Shown: positions 36,915-47,304 of the stretch, one piece after another | Layout of the letters: every line of letters starts with the position of its first letter | Position numbering within the stretch: position 1 is the stretch's first letter | Source of the DNA: Poseidonia sp. | Lineage (GTDB): Archaea; Thermoplasmatota; Poseidoniia; Poseidoniales; Poseidoniaceae | Reading direction: 5' to 3' | DNA length: 64,000 bases | Assembly: GCA_965661285.1 (NCBI GenBank) | Contig: CBFIDD010000004.1 | Span: 69,042-133,041 of the forward strand | Position numbers and translations under genes: made by a program | Notes under the pieces: model-generated | The model's database searches: none | What the model was told of the DNA's origin: nothing | Seen by the model: only the letters and a program-made list of their open reading frames with translations

Positions 36915-37895
36915 CTACACGGGCGTCTGAGACTCAGATTGTTCGTCCGCTTCCGGGGAAGTGACTTCCACCAAGATGTTTCCTAACAAGAGAACGCCGC
37001 CACCAAACGGGATCCACCACGTCCAATGCACAAGTCCGAGGCTCAAACCGAAGAGCGTAGCCCAAACCGGCTCAAAGGCGTAAATGATGGCAGCTTGAAC
37101 TGGATGCATGTGGCGTTGAAACATGTTGAGCGCAACCAAGCAGTAAAATGAGCCACCCAATCCCAAAAGGAAGACGGGCCCCAGCACTCCTTTCCTTGCC
37201 AAAACATCGCTGACCATGTTGGTGGCATCGGTCCCGCTCGATGCAAGGGCGAGGAGCAACGAGCCGCCCCCGACCACGATAAACGAGGTCAGCGTCAACA
37301 TCAGCGGGTCGAAGGCAAGGGTCAACTTCTGCGTGAAGATGATGTGCAAGGCGAAGAAAAGGGCGCAGCCTACCGTGATGACCTCGCCCCATCCCCACGA
37401 CAGGTGGGGTGGGCCTTCGATGAATCCCGCGCCGACCGTCGCCATCAACACCCCCCAGTAAAGGGCTCGTCGTGGCGGATGCTCGCTCATCCGCATCGTC
37501 AGCAAGGCCGTCATCACAACGTAAAGTGAGGTCAAGAACGCTGATGTTGAGGGATTGATGTCGTTCAGGGCGACCATTTGACTGACAAACCCCACCAGCA
37601 TCAAGCTGCCAAGAATTCCTCCTCCACGCCAAATCTGAGAAGACGAGAGCCCGGCTCTGGCCTTCGGGAAAAACACCAACACGAGCACCATGGCGATCAA
37701 AAACCGCAAAGCGACGAGCAACGCGACCACCGGAAACGTACCAAATGCCTCGATTTCAACCTCCAAAGCGTTCAGCGCTTGTTTCATCCAAATGAAGGTC
37801 GCACCCCAAATGAGGGTCACGCTAAGCAGAACGAGGGCGGCTTTGCGACGTTGAGGCTGGAACGGCGTTCCCGATTCAACGGCGTCGCCATTCAT
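36915..37895 (-). CDS. DMT/EamA family transporter
   Basis: IWGATF, RFLIA, SAFLTSLYVV, AAIIYAFEPVWA; about 10 TM. Confidence 0.9.
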   Translation of the reverse strand: MNGDAVESGTPFQPQRRKAALVLLSVTLIWGATFIWMKQALNALEVEIEAFGTFPVVALLVALRFLIAMVLVLVFFPKARAGLSSSQIWRGGGILGSLMLVGFVSQMVALNDINPSTSAFLTSLYVVMTALLTMRMSEHPPRRALYWGVLMATVGAGFIEGPPHLSWGWGEVITVGCALFFALHIIFTQKLTLAFDPLMLTLTSFIVVGGGSLLLALASSGTDATNMVSDVLARKGVLGPVFLLGLGGSFYCLVALNMFQRHMHPVQAAIIYAFEPVWATLFGLSLGLVHWTWWIPFGGGVLLLGNILVEVTSPEADEQSESQTPV

Positions 37896-37987
37896 GTCAT
37901 TGGCAGGACCCTGCAGGTGATGAGGCTGGCGGTGATGGAGCCCCCTTCATCCATACCCTCAAAGAGCGCCCATGGCCCAGTGGAACC

Positions 37988-39367
37988 ATGGGCGAGCCAC
38001 GAACGGGAGCGGACGTGGTGTGGAAGCACCCCATCGATTCTGGCCCCGCTCCAAAAAGCGGGGAATCCTTTGACAGCATCGTGGTCGGTGGAGGCCCCGG
38101 GGGCGCTGCTGCTGCAGGCTATCTTGCGATGGAGGGTCAACGCGTCTTGCTCATCGAGAAAGAGACTTGGCCGCGGGACAAGATCTGCGGCGATGCCGTT
38201 GGCGGAAAATCACTCAGCCACGTCAAGCGTCTCGGGGTGAAGGAAACCCTCGAGAGCACGCCGCATTTTCGCGTGACGGGAATCGTGTTTTCTTCTCCGA
38301 AAGGACACAGTGTCCGCGTAGCCCTTCCTGAGGAAGACGTGCAGCGTTTAGAGGCAGGATACTCGCTGCCTCGGCAGCAATTTGACCACCTCTTGTTCAA
38401 TCAGGTTCAGCAACTCGTTCGAGACGCTGGTGGGGCCGTGATTCAGGGCGGCGATGTTCGCGATGTGCTGTACGACGACGGTCAAGGTGGCGAGGACCCC
38501 GGCAAAGGCAGCGGCGGGGCACGCCACGCCAGAGGCGTGGTGGTGCGCATCGGAGGGCGAAACGGAGAGGAATTGGAGTTCCACGCCCCCAACATCGTCG
38601 GTGCTGCTGGCTACCGTTGCCCCGTAGCCAAATCGATGCTTGAGGAAACCTACGAAGAACCCATGATGGACCGCGATCACTACTGTGCTGGCTACCGCGA
38701 GTACTGGCGTGGCGTGAAGGGTTGCGAAGACAACGTCGGCGACATCGAGATTCATTTTGTGGACACGGTCATCCCCGGTTATTTCTGGCTCTTCCCGGTG
38801 GCTGAGGGCGTGGTCAACGTCGGCATCGGCATGGTCATGTCGTTACTTGACAAGCAGTCCAAGAAACTCAAAGCGCTGCAATCCGAAGTCATCGCCGAAC
38901 ATCCGTTGTTCAAAGACCGCTTCGCTGAAGCGACCATGATTCCGGGCACCGGCAAAGGCTGGCAACTGCCGTTCGGTTCACCAAGGAAAAAAGCCAGCAG
39001 ACAACCTCGCCGCTCGGCGAGCAAAGGCGTCTTCCTCGTGGGCGACGCCGCTTCGCTGGTGGACCCGTTCAGCGGCGAAGGCGTTGGTAATGCGCTCGTG
39101 AGCGGTGAAATGGCGGCGCAGCACATCCTCCAGCAAAAGGCCCCGGAAGCGTATCAAGAAGCCCTGTGGAAGGCGCTTGGTCCGGAGTTGACCAACTCGT
39201 TCCGTATGCAAAAGATGAGCCGCCGTGCATGGCTGCTCAACTGGTTTGTCGGTAAAGCATCGAAGAAGCCAGCGATTCAAGAGATGATGACGGAAATGAT
39301 TGCGAGCAAAGAAGCGCAGGAAAACCTCCACTCTCCATGGTTCATGTTCAAGACCTTGATGTTCTAA
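37988..39367 (+). CDS. Geranylgeranyl reductase-family FAD oxidoreductase
   Basis: VGGGPGG, PRDKICGD, PGYFWLFP, LVGDAASLVDPFSGEG. Confidence 0.88.
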   Translation: MGEPRTGADVVWKHPIDSGPAPKSGESFDSIVVGGGPGGAAAAGYLAMEGQRVLLIEKETWPRDKICGDAVGGKSLSHVKRLGVKETLESTPHFRVTGIVFSSPKGHSVRVALPEEDVQRLEAGYSLPRQQFDHLLFNQVQQLVRDAGGAVIQGGDVRDVLYDDGQGGEDPGKGSGGARHARGVVVRIGGRNGEELEFHAPNIVGAAGYRCPVAKSMLEETYEEPMMDRDHYCAGYREYWRGVKGCEDNVGDIEIHFVDTVIPGYFWLFPVAEGVVNVGIGMVMSLLDKQSKKLKALQSEVIAEHPLFKDRFAEATMIPGTGKGWQLPFGSPRKKASRQPRRSASKGVFLVGDAASLVDPFSGEGVGNALVSGEMAAQHILQQKAPEAYQEALWKALGPELTNSFRMQKMSRRAWLLNWFVGKASKKPAIQEMMTEMIASKEAQENLHSPWFMFKTLMF

Positions 39368-39376
39368 GGTGGCAGC

Positions 39377-40165
39377 ATGGACGCATCCCTCACGGACATC
39401 GACGCCGTTTTTCTCGACCTTGACGGGACCATTTACTTGGGTGGTGAACTGATTGAAGGGGCTGAGGCTTTTCTTGAACGATGCAAACAACGAGGCGTGC
39501 AGCGGTACTTCCTCTCCAACAATTCATCAAAATCCGTGGCGCAATACGTGACCAAACTTCACGCGCTCGGGCTTGAAGCGGAAGAAGACGACGTGTTGTT
39601 GTCAACCCACGACCTCTTGGCCTGGCTGCAAAAGAACGGCATCACAAAGACGTGGTTGGTCGGTACCGAAGGCATGCGCAGCATGCTCGAAGCGATCGGT
39701 GTGGAGACACAGAGTTCTACGCCCGAATACGTGGTGCTGGGTTACGACACGGAACTGACCTACGACAAAATCGCTCAAGCCAGCATCCACATGCATGCAG
39801 GCGTGCCACTCGTCGCCAGCCACCCCGACATGGTGTGTCCGAGCCCTGATGGAGGATTGCCCGATGTCGGTGCGTATCTTGCGATGTTCAAAGCGACCAC
39901 GGGGGTTGAACCCGAACACATCACGGGCAAACCCAATGCCGGTATGATCCTTCACAAGATCGAGGCGCTCGGACTCCAACCGGAGCGCTGCGCCATGGTG
40001 GGCGACCGCCTCTACACGGACATGGCGATGGCCAGCCGTGCGGGTGTTGTCGGTATCCTCGTGCTTTCTGGCGAGGCAACACAGGCCGATGTTGACGCCC
40101 TTCCTGAAGGGGCTGAACAACGCCCCAACATCATCGTGAACAGCGTACATGAGCTCTTGCGGTGA
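39377..40165 (+). CDS. HAD-IIA (NagD-like) phosphatase
   Basis: DLDGT, LSNNS, GKP, VGDRLYTD, LVLSG. Confidence 0.93.
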   Translation: MDASLTDIDAVFLDLDGTIYLGGELIEGAEAFLERCKQRGVQRYFLSNNSSKSVAQYVTKLHALGLEAEEDDVLLSTHDLLAWLQKNGITKTWLVGTEGMRSMLEAIGVETQSSTPEYVVLGYDTELTYDKIAQASIHMHAGVPLVASHPDMVCPSPDGGLPDVGAYLAMFKATTGVEPEHITGKPNAGMILHKIEALGLQPERCAMVGDRLYTDMAMASRAGVVGILVLSGEATQADVDALPEGAEQRPNIIVNSVHELLR

Positions 40166-41094
40166 GCACCATGAACCTCGCACAACGATGGAAGTGGTGG
40201 CGAGAACGACGACGGCATCATCCGCCGGACGAGATTCACCGTGCCGGTGAATTAGCGGAACAGCGTCTTGCAAAAATCAGCAGGGCTGCTGGGAAAAAGA
40301 ACGGTTGGCACGTGTTTGAATCCGTGCGCATACCGGATGCTGAGCAGGGCGGAAAGCGTGAAATTGACCTCGTCATCGTCGGTGGAAACACCCTGCTCGT
40401 GGTCGAACAAAAACACTGGTCGGGGTCCTTTGAAATCAATGCGGATGAGGAATTCATTCAACATCGGAAGAACGGAACAATCCACAACCACAGCACGGTC
40501 AACCAGCGCATTGCTCGAAAGTCCAGGATGCTGGTGGCGATGCACAACGAGCGCGTGGGGAAGGATGACGGTGTTGATGTGCGGGTTGTGTTGGCCTTTA
40601 CCAATCGCAACTTGGATTGGCCCTCCAACGTCATGGACCTCGGCAGTATTGTCAAAGATGAAGCTGGCTTCATTGGCCTTCTGGAGGAGGAAAACCCCGG
40701 AGAGTTGAATGAGGCTCTGTTGGAAACGTTGCAGGGTTTTGGCACCTGGGATGAAGTGGAGTTGAACGGCGGACTGATGTGCAAGGGCGACGTCTTGGAT
40801 TTAGGCCTTGGAGATGCCATTCATGAATGGCAAGAGGGGCGCAGGACACCTCTGAAAGGCTCCATTCGGCATCCGAAGGGATTCCTGTCCCTGTTCACCG
40901 CACCACCAAGTCATCTCAGCCTTCATGCTGGTGAGCGACACATGGAGGCCAAACTCCCGTTTGGAAAAACGCTGAAGATGCACGTTGTAGGCCGAAAAAC
41001 GCCTGAAGACATCCCTTGGTCCACGGTCGCCTCACTCAATCTCTCGACACCATCGCTCAACGATGGATTGGGTCAACACCAAGAGAAGCCTTGA
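40162..41094 (+). CDS. NERD (nuclease-related) domain protein
   Basis: AGELAE...REIDLVIV...VVEQKHWSG; GTGA overlap with the HAD gene. Confidence 0.8.
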   Translation: MSTMNLAQRWKWWRERRRHHPPDEIHRAGELAEQRLAKISRAAGKKNGWHVFESVRIPDAEQGGKREIDLVIVGGNTLLVVEQKHWSGSFEINADEEFIQHRKNGTIHNHSTVNQRIARKSRMLVAMHNERVGKDDGVDVRVVLAFTNRNLDWPSNVMDLGSIVKDEAGFIGLLEEENPGELNEALLETLQGFGTWDEVELNGGLMCKGDVLDLGLGDAIHEWQEGRRTPLKGSIRHPKGFLSLFTAPPSHLSLHAGERHMEAKLPFGKTLKMHVVGRKTPEDIPWSTVASLNLSTPSLNDGLGQHQEKP

Positions 41095-41129
41095 AGCACG
41101 TCGCAACGAGGTGCACCATCATGCCCGCG

Positions 41130-41399
41130 ATGTGGATTGAAGCCATCGGCCTTCTGGCCGGTGCGTTGGGCATCGTTGCGTGGATCCCACAAATTCGAGA
41201 CGTGTGGGTTCACGAACGGCACGAAGGCATCTCTCTGACCGCCTTCGGCGTGGTTACGTTAGCCCTGGCCTTGTGGCTCGTTTACGGAATCCTCGTCGAT
41301 TCGCTGGCGATGATCGTCGCCAACGTGTTCACTTTGGCTGTCATCCTTGCGGTCCTCATCGGCGTGCGCCGATTGCGGCGGCGTGAAGCAGCGGCGTGA
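41130..41399 (+). CDS. SemiSWEET/PQ-loop family transporter
   Basis: IGLLAG...WIPQI...GISL...LWLVYG...IVAN; 3 TM, 89 aa. Confidence 0.85.
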   Translation: MWIEAIGLLAGALGIVAWIPQIRDVWVHERHEGISLTAFGVVTLALALWLVYGILVDSLAMIVANVFTLAVILAVLIGVRRLRRREAAA

Positions 41400-41402
41400 G
41401 CC

Positions 41403-42413
41403 TCAGCAGACGGATTTCGTGGTCGAGATGATCACGGCACCGATCTTGTAGGGGTCGCCGTTGGACGCCGGTCGGCGATCTTCGAGTCGACCAACCCAGC
41501 CGTCGGTGGGAACGGAGGCAGGAACACGAATCGATGCACCACGGTCAGAGACACCGTAGGAGAACTGGTCGATGGATTGCGTCTCGTGGAGGCCCGTCAA
41601 ACGCTCTTCGTTGTGCGCACCGTAAACGGCCATGTGCTTCTCGATGTTCTGGCCGAACGCTTCGCAAATGCTGTCGAAGAGTTCCTTGCCGCCTTTGTCC
41701 CGCATGAGTCCGTTCGAGAAGTTGGCGTGCATGCCCGAGCCGTTCCAGTCGCCCTTGATCGGCTTGGGGTGATACTCGATGTAGTAGCCGTAGCTCTCGG
41801 TCAAGCGGTCGAGGAGGTAGCGAGCAACCCAGAGTTCGTCGCCGGCCTGCTTGGCGCCCTTGGCAAAGATTTGGAACTCCCACTGGCCGCAGGCCACTTC
41901 TTGGTTGATGCCTTCGAAGTTGATGCCAGCCTCAAGGCAGAGATCTGCGTGCTCCTCAACGAGGGCTCGGCCGTGGGTGTTCTTTCCACCAACCGAACAG
42001 TAGTAGAGACCTTGTGGACCGGGGTAGCCACCAACGGGGAAGCCAAGGGGAAGTTGGGTGTCAACGTCCATGATGAAGTATTCCTGCTCGTAGCCAAACC
42101 AGAAATCGTTGTCGTCGTCGTCGATGGTCGCACGGCCGTTGCTCGGGTGAGGGGTGCCGTCAGGGTTCAGGACTTCGCACATCACGAGGTAGCCGTTCAC
42201 GCGCTGGGGGTCTGGGAAGATGTTCACGGGCTTCAACAGGCAATCGGAGGAGCTACCGTCGGCTTGCTTCGTGGACGAACCGTCAAACATCCACATGGGG
42301 CATTCTTCAATCGTGCCACCAAAGTCCGAGCGGACCATGGTTTTGCTGCGCATGTTTTGCGTGGGTTCGTATCCGTCGAGCCAAATGTACTCCAGTTTTG
42401 CTTTTTCTGACAT
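41403..42413 (-). CDS. glnII: Glutamine synthetase type II
   Basis: LEYIWLDG, RSKT, FDGSST, EQEY, QWEFQI, HPKPIKGDWNGSGMH, RLTGLHET, EDRRPASNGDPY; 336 aa. Confidence 0.93.
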   Translation of the reverse strand: MSEKAKLEYIWLDGYEPTQNMRSKTMVRSDFGGTIEECPMWMFDGSSTKQADGSSSDCLLKPVNIFPDPQRVNGYLVMCEVLNPDGTPHPSNGRATIDDDDNDFWFGYEQEYFIMDVDTQLPLGFPVGGYPGPQGLYYCSVGGKNTHGRALVEEHADLCLEAGINFEGINQEVACGQWEFQIFAKGAKQAGDELWVARYLLDRLTESYGYYIEYHPKPIKGDWNGSGMHANFSNGLMRDKGGKELFDSICEAFGQNIEKHMAVYGAHNEERLTGLHETQSIDQFSYGVSDRGASIRVPASVPTDGWVGRLEDRRPASNGDPYKIGAVIISTTKSVC

Positions 42414-42442
42414 GGGTATCAAATGCGTCGCTTTGACGGCGG

Positions 42443-42450
42443 TATATGAA
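42443..42450 (-). promoter_or_regulatory. TATA-like box for glnII (near-leaderless transcript)
   Basis: TTCATATA about 30 nt upstream of ATG 42413, preceded by an AT-rich region. Confidence 0.5.
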
Positions 42451-42648
42451 CCATACGCTTAGAAAAAATCGTTTTAATGCAATCATATGAGGATTTAAAT
42501 GTAAATTTATCGCTCAATTGATTATTCCCTTGGGAGGAAAATTGGTCGGTGATGTGTCATCTGCGCGATGAGATATTCATTTTTGGAGCAAATGCGCAAC
42601 TTCCTCTGTTCAGGACCTGCGAGCGCTCATGCTGAGCGCCGAGCAGCA

Positions 42649-44415
42649 TTACTGGTTGTTGGCGGCGTCTTCGCCTTGCGGCGTGATGAGGATGTTGGCG
42701 CCCTCACGGTCGATGACGGGAAGCGTCAGCTCGCCCGAGTTTACCGTGATGGGGCAGGTGTTGCTGCAAGCAGGTGGAAGGTAATCTTCACCCGATTGGG
42801 TCAAAACGATCTCCAGTGCATGGCCTGCGGGAAGGATAACGTCCATGCCCTGAAATTCCATCAGCATCGTGACGGGCGCAAAGGGGACCACGGTCTGCGC
42901 ATCGTATCCTCCCGCGTGGTAGCGCACGTCCATGGTGGCATGGCCAAAGCGCAGCCCGGTTTCTGCGTCTCGCAGTTCCGCAAAGATCTGCCCCCCGTCA
43001 AACGAAGGCGTGACGTCCAGGTGCAAGGTTGGCAGGCCGCTGATGTGGGTGTCGTGGTCCATTGACATCGCATCACAGGCCACGACGAAGGTTGACGACG
43101 CTCCCACGGACCCGCTCGCTGAACACGTGGCGGGCTCCCACGCTGCATCGAGCGGTGGCCAGGTCTCTTCGATGCGCCACTGGCCATCGTTGCGCTGTAT
43201 TTGGGCGTGAAGAGCGGGGCGCTCACCGATGCCCTTGAGATAGTATTCCATCCATTCAAACAGGTCTTGTCCCCAATCCCAACGGGTCATGTTGTGAATG
43301 GCTTCACCACCATAACCGGATTCCTGGTTGTTGTGTTTCGTCCACTGATCAGGATAGTTGTGTTCCCACTGGCCCAACATCCCGCCCACTTCGTATCCTG
43401 CGTCGATGTACGTTTGATACCAATGCGTCCCTGGCGGTCCACCAAAGACCTGGTGAGGGTCGACGTTCCAATCCTGCATGCCCTGCACCCAGTAGATGCT
43501 CCCGTTGTACGTGCCCAGGGCTTTGTCAATGTGGCTTCGCTCATCGTAGTAGTTGTCCATGTAGGGGTCAAGCTCACCGAGGCCATATCGGGTTGGACCG
43601 GCAAGGAAACCTTCGACCACATCCCCGCACATGTTGTCGAGATCGTTGCTGTCGTAGTCGAGGATGGATCCCCCGTAATTCGAGTGCATGACTTGACTTC
43701 GGGCCTCGGCGCTCCCGTTTTTGTAGAGCAGAGGGCCGAGGGCTGTGGTGCCGGAAATGGGGACGATGGTCTTGAGGTACTGGCTGCCCTGAGCGGCTGC
43801 TTCCCAGGCTGTCGCGCCCTCGTAGGATTTCCCGTAAATGGCCACATGACCGTTGCTCCAATTTTGCGTGCCGAGCCACTCCACCGCTTCGTGAATGCCT
43901 TGGCCCTCGCCGTCGCCGCGGTAATCGAAACACCCGGTGCTCTCTTCGGTGGCGAACACCGCCACTTGGGCCAAGGCGTAGCCGTGGGGAACGAAATTGT
44001 CGTAGATGAACTCCCCGCGCCCCGCACTGACCACGTTGGTGGGGCTGGATTGGCTACCGGGGGAGCCGTAGTCAAAATATGGGCTGACCACGGCGATAAC
44101 AGGCACTTGCTCGCCCGCCTCGGTGTTGGACGGCAGCCAGTAGGAAAGGTGAACTTCTGCAGTGTTTGGGCCGCCCTCCCATGTCCCCGTCGTATCCACT
44201 TCGATGAAGGTCTCTTGGACGGGCAGAGGTTCATGCGGCCCGTCTTGAAGCACGCGAGCGTACGAGCCGGTCCAGTTCCAGTCCAGTGTATGACGGTCCC
44301 AGATGGAAGGATACATGCGCTCTTCCTCGCCGTTGGTGGAAGATTCTGTTTGACCCATGCACCCGGAGAGTGGCATCAACAACAACAGGAAGGTGAGAAA
44401 AACCGCCTGTCGCAT
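42649..44415 (-). CDS. CocE/NonD (peptidase S15) family hydrolase, lipoprotein
   Basis: Lipobox LSGC, VSPY, nucleophile GKSYEG, GMQDWNV, GQWEH. Confidence 0.88.
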   Translation of the reverse strand: MRQAVFLTFLLLLMPLSGCMGQTESSTNGEEERMYPSIWDRHTLDWNWTGSYARVLQDGPHEPLPVQETFIEVDTTGTWEGGPNTAEVHLSYWLPSNTEAGEQVPVIAVVSPYFDYGSPGSQSSPTNVVSAGRGEFIYDNFVPHGYALAQVAVFATEESTGCFDYRGDGEGQGIHEAVEWLGTQNWSNGHVAIYGKSYEGATAWEAAAQGSQYLKTIVPISGTTALGPLLYKNGSAEARSQVMHSNYGGSILDYDSNDLDNMCGDVVEGFLAGPTRYGLGELDPYMDNYYDERSHIDKALGTYNGSIYWVQGMQDWNVDPHQVFGGPPGTHWYQTYIDAGYEVGGMLGQWEHNYPDQWTKHNNQESGYGGEAIHNMTRWDWGQDLFEWMEYYLKGIGERPALHAQIQRNDGQWRIEETWPPLDAAWEPATCSASGSVGASSTFVVACDAMSMDHDTHISGLPTLHLDVTPSFDGGQIFAELRDAETGLRFGHATMDVRYHAGGYDAQTVVPFAPVTMLMEFQGMDVILPAGHALEIVLTQSGEDYLPPACSNTCPITVNSGELTLPVIDREGANILITPQGEDAANNQ

Positions 44416-44512
44416 GAACCTCGGATGAACGGGTGCATCATGAACATGATGTTCATTTTTCGAACCCGCCATCGCCACAAGCATTGAGGACGGGAGGCGC
44501 ACAGCCGTAACC

Positions 44513-45313
44513 ATGGAGCCGGCCGAAGCATGGGGGGAACGCTGGAAGGCTGCGACGACGACGCTTTCAAAGCGCTACATGGAAGTGGCCACCGCCAAGC
44601 AATCCTTGGTTTGCTTGGCCGCAGACCGAAACACCATGGCCGGCCTGTTCAGCCTTATCGAGGACGTCGGTGAACATGTGGCGGCCCTCAAGACCCACGT
44701 TGACCTCGTGGATGATTGGACGGCAGATGCATGGGCTGAATTTTGTCAAGCCGCCCATCGAGCCAACCTTCTCATTTTTGAAGACCGGAAATTCGCCGAT
44801 ATTGGGAAGATCAGTCGGTCTCAAATGGCCGGCATCTACGATATTCGGTCGTGGTCGGATTTGGTCACGGCTCACCTCATCAGTGGACCGGACGTCGTCG
44901 ACGGGTTGCAAGCCGGGTGGACAGACGTGGGTCGGTCTGGAGGTGTGCTCCTTCTCGCACAGATGTCTAGTCGCGGGAATCTCCTTCATCCTGGATACAC
45001 GCAGGAAGTTGTGGAAAAAGGAGCCGTTCATCCCGGTGTCTTCGGCTTTATCGGGAACGGTTCGAGGCCGGCTGAACTGGCGAATCTTCGAAAGGTAGTT
45101 GGCGACGAGAAAATGATTTGGACGCCTGGCGTCAACCTCGCCGTGGGTGATGGTGAGATGGGACAACGCTACGGCGACCCGACCGAAGCCGTGCTCGCCG
45201 GCTCGGATTGCATCATCGTTGGTTCAGGAATCCACAAAGCAGACGATCCCAAGGCCGCGGCTGAAGCCTATGCCAAAGCCTCGTGGGACGGCCTGCTTCA
45301 ACGAACAGCGTGA
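44513..45313 (+). CDS. pyrF: Orotidine-5'-phosphate decarboxylase (URA3/UMPS-like subfamily)
   Basis: CLAAD, LKTHVD, IFEDRKFADIG, LAQMSS, TPGV, GQRY, IIVG. Confidence 0.95.
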   Translation: MEPAEAWGERWKAATTTLSKRYMEVATAKQSLVCLAADRNTMAGLFSLIEDVGEHVAALKTHVDLVDDWTADAWAEFCQAAHRANLLIFEDRKFADIGKISRSQMAGIYDIRSWSDLVTAHLISGPDVVDGLQAGWTDVGRSGGVLLLAQMSSRGNLLHPGYTQEVVEKGAVHPGVFGFIGNGSRPAELANLRKVVGDEKMIWTPGVNLAVGDGEMGQRYGDPTEAVLAGSDCIIVGSGIHKADDPKAAAEAYAKASWDGLLQRTA

Positions 45314-45319
45314 TGTGGC

Positions 45320-45571
45320 ATGTTTCTTGAAATGATGTTGGCTTCGCTCAGTCTGGTCTTTCCGGCCTGGTTGATTTGGCGGGCCTTTTCGACGTCCCGA
45401 CAACTGGAAGCGAGGTTGGCTCGAGGGGATGCCACCCTCCTTGACGATGACCGATTCAAAATTGACCGCGTCACGTTGGGCCCACCGGGAACGGAACTTA
45501 TCGAAGACGTGCAATTCGTGATGGTGCAGACCCAGCCTCACGTGCACACTGGAGAGGATGTCCGTGGATGA
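45320..45571 (+). CDS. Small membrane protein
   Basis: N-terminal TM; fills the gap between pyrF and the CYTH gene. Confidence 0.5.
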   Translation: MFLEMMLASLSLVFPAWLIWRAFSTSRQLEARLARGDATLLDDDRFKIDRVTLGPPGTELIEDVQFVMVQTQPHVHTGEDVRG

Positions 45572-46136
45572 GTTCACCGAAATAGAGCGGCGGTTTCTTG
45601 TCGATGCACGAGAAGAGAAGCCGTGGCGAGAAGGGGCGGAGCGCATTGCCATCCGGCAACATTACGGTGTGGGTGACTTGTTTACCCTACAAAACGGGGC
45701 GCTCTGCCTCGGAGGGCACAGCGTATGCAGCCTTTCAGAGGACGAATTGAGATTCCTGGGGGCCGTTGAATCTTGGACCACCCGTTTACGCCAAATAAAC
45801 GAGGCGTTCATCATCTCCTACAAATCTCGAATTGCCGACGACACGGCCATTGAATTGGAATGGACGGTCGACGAGTCGATGGCGCGAATGATCCTTGCCA
45901 AAGGGCCGTTTCCATTCGTTGAAAAAATCCGGTATGTTCTTCCAGGCCCCGATGGAATTCTTTGGGAAGTGGATGAATTTGAAGGTGCACTGGCGGGTCT
46001 TGTTTTGGCCGAGGTTGAACTTCCGTCGAGTCAGACATCGGTTGTTCTACCCGCATGGGCGGGACACGAAATCACCGGTTTGGGGTCGTGGTCAAACCGC
46101 GCCCTCGCCGAAACCCTCTCAAAACGCAGCAAATGA
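45558..46136 (+). CDS. CYTH (triphosphate tunnel metalloenzyme) domain protein
   Basis: EIERRFLV, EKIRY, WEVDEF.G...GLVLAEVEL. Confidence 0.9.
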   Translation: MSVDEFTEIERRFLVDAREEKPWREGAERIAIRQHYGVGDLFTLQNGALCLGGHSVCSLSEDELRFLGAVESWTTRLRQINEAFIISYKSRIADDTAIELEWTVDESMARMILAKGPFPFVEKIRYVLPGPDGILWEVDEFEGALAGLVLAEVELPSSQTSVVLPAWAGHEITGLGSWSNRALAETLSKRSK

Positions 46137-47213
46137 GACCACGGCGTCGATGACGCGCTCCACCTCACCGTCCGTCATCTGATGAAACACGGGGATGGCC
46201 ACGAGACGATGAGCGATGGCGTCCGTCACAGCAAAGGCGTCGTGATGTTGCGGGTGGTTGGCATACACCTGTTGTCGATGGCACGGCGTGGCGTAGTACA
46301 CCCGAGTATCGATACCGGCCGTTTCCAGTGCTTGGCGAAACGGTTCGGGCTCATCCACCAGCAAACAATACTGGTGCCAAGCATGCTTCGTCCCATCGCG
46401 GATAGCGGGAGTGGCAAGTCCGTTCAACGAAGCAAAGGCTTCGTGATATTGTCGGGCAATGGCGCGGCGGCGCTCCAACCACCCCTCCAAGCGTTGGAGT
46501 TGCACACGACCGATGGAAGCAGTAACCTCGGACATACGCAGATTTGAGCCGAGTTCGTGAGATTCCAGCCGTGCATCTCGGCCGTGATTGACCAGCGCAT
46601 CCATTCGTGCAGCGAGGTCTTCTCGCTTGGTCATCATCATCCCACCCTCGCCCCCTACGGCGAGGTTTTTCGACGGGAAAAAGGAGAAACAAGCAACGTC
46701 GCCCACGCCCCCCGCTTTGATGCCCGATGCGGCCACGGCGCCGTGGGCTTGAGCTGCATCTTCGATGTAGGCGATGTCGTGGCGTTCACACCACGCAACC
46801 AGTGCATCATCGCACATTTGCCCGAACAAGTGAACGGCGATCACCGCTTTGGTTCGCGCTGTGCGCGCTGCTTCGAGTGAAGCAAAGTCGACACACCAAT
46901 GGTCAGGTTCAACATCAACGAACACCGGTGTTGCGCCAACGAGCGATACGCAGGTTGCCGTCGCGATGTAGGTCAGCGAGGGAACGAGGACCTCGTCGCC
47001 GGGCCCAATATCCAACAGCCGCAGCGCACCCCAAAGCGCAACAGAACCGCTCTGGCAGGGCGTGCCTTGAACGGCTCCACAGTATTGGGAAAATTCGTGC
47101 CCGAACGCTTTGCCTTGGGGCCCTTTGACCCAGTGCAGGGAGTCGAGGGTGCTGAGTGCAGCTGTGCGCATGTCGTCGTCCCAAGATGGGCGAGCCATGG
47201 GAATACGTTCCAT
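46119..47213 (-). CDS. DegT/DnrJ/EryC1/StrS aminotransferase
   Basis: IGPGDEVLVP, VHLFGQ, IEDAAQAHGA, FSFFPSKNL, GEGGM. Confidence 0.93.
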   Translation of the reverse strand: MERIPMARPSWDDDMRTAALSTLDSLHWVKGPQGKAFGHEFSQYCGAVQGTPCQSGSVALWGALRLLDIGPGDEVLVPSLTYIATATCVSLVGATPVFVDVEPDHWCVDFASLEAARTARTKAVIAVHLFGQMCDDALVAWCERHDIAYIEDAAQAHGAVAASGIKAGGVGDVACFSFFPSKNLAVGGEGGMMMTKREDLAARMDALVNHGRDARLESHELGSNLRMSEVTASIGRVQLQRLEGWLERRRAIARQYHEAFASLNGLATPAIRDGTKHAWHQYCLLVDEPEPFRQALETAGIDTRVYYATPCHRQQVYANHPQHHDAFAVTDAIAHRLVAIPVFHQMTDGEVERVIDAVVSFAAF

Positions 47214-47304
47214 GCTCCGGCGTGTCGCTTCTCCTCCTTGAGTGTGCGTTTTGCCCACCGTGCTCGTCGCGCCTTTGAAGACCCCCAACCGTGTTCGGCC
47301 TCCC

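Noticed and set aside
40162-41094. NERD gene as part of a defence system
   Set aside because: Coupled to housekeeping HAD/GGR genes, host-like composition, no partner genes
42525-42540. NrpR operator upstream of glnII
   Set aside because: Sequence is TTCC-N7-GGAA, the wrong orientation and spacing for GGAA-N6-TTCC
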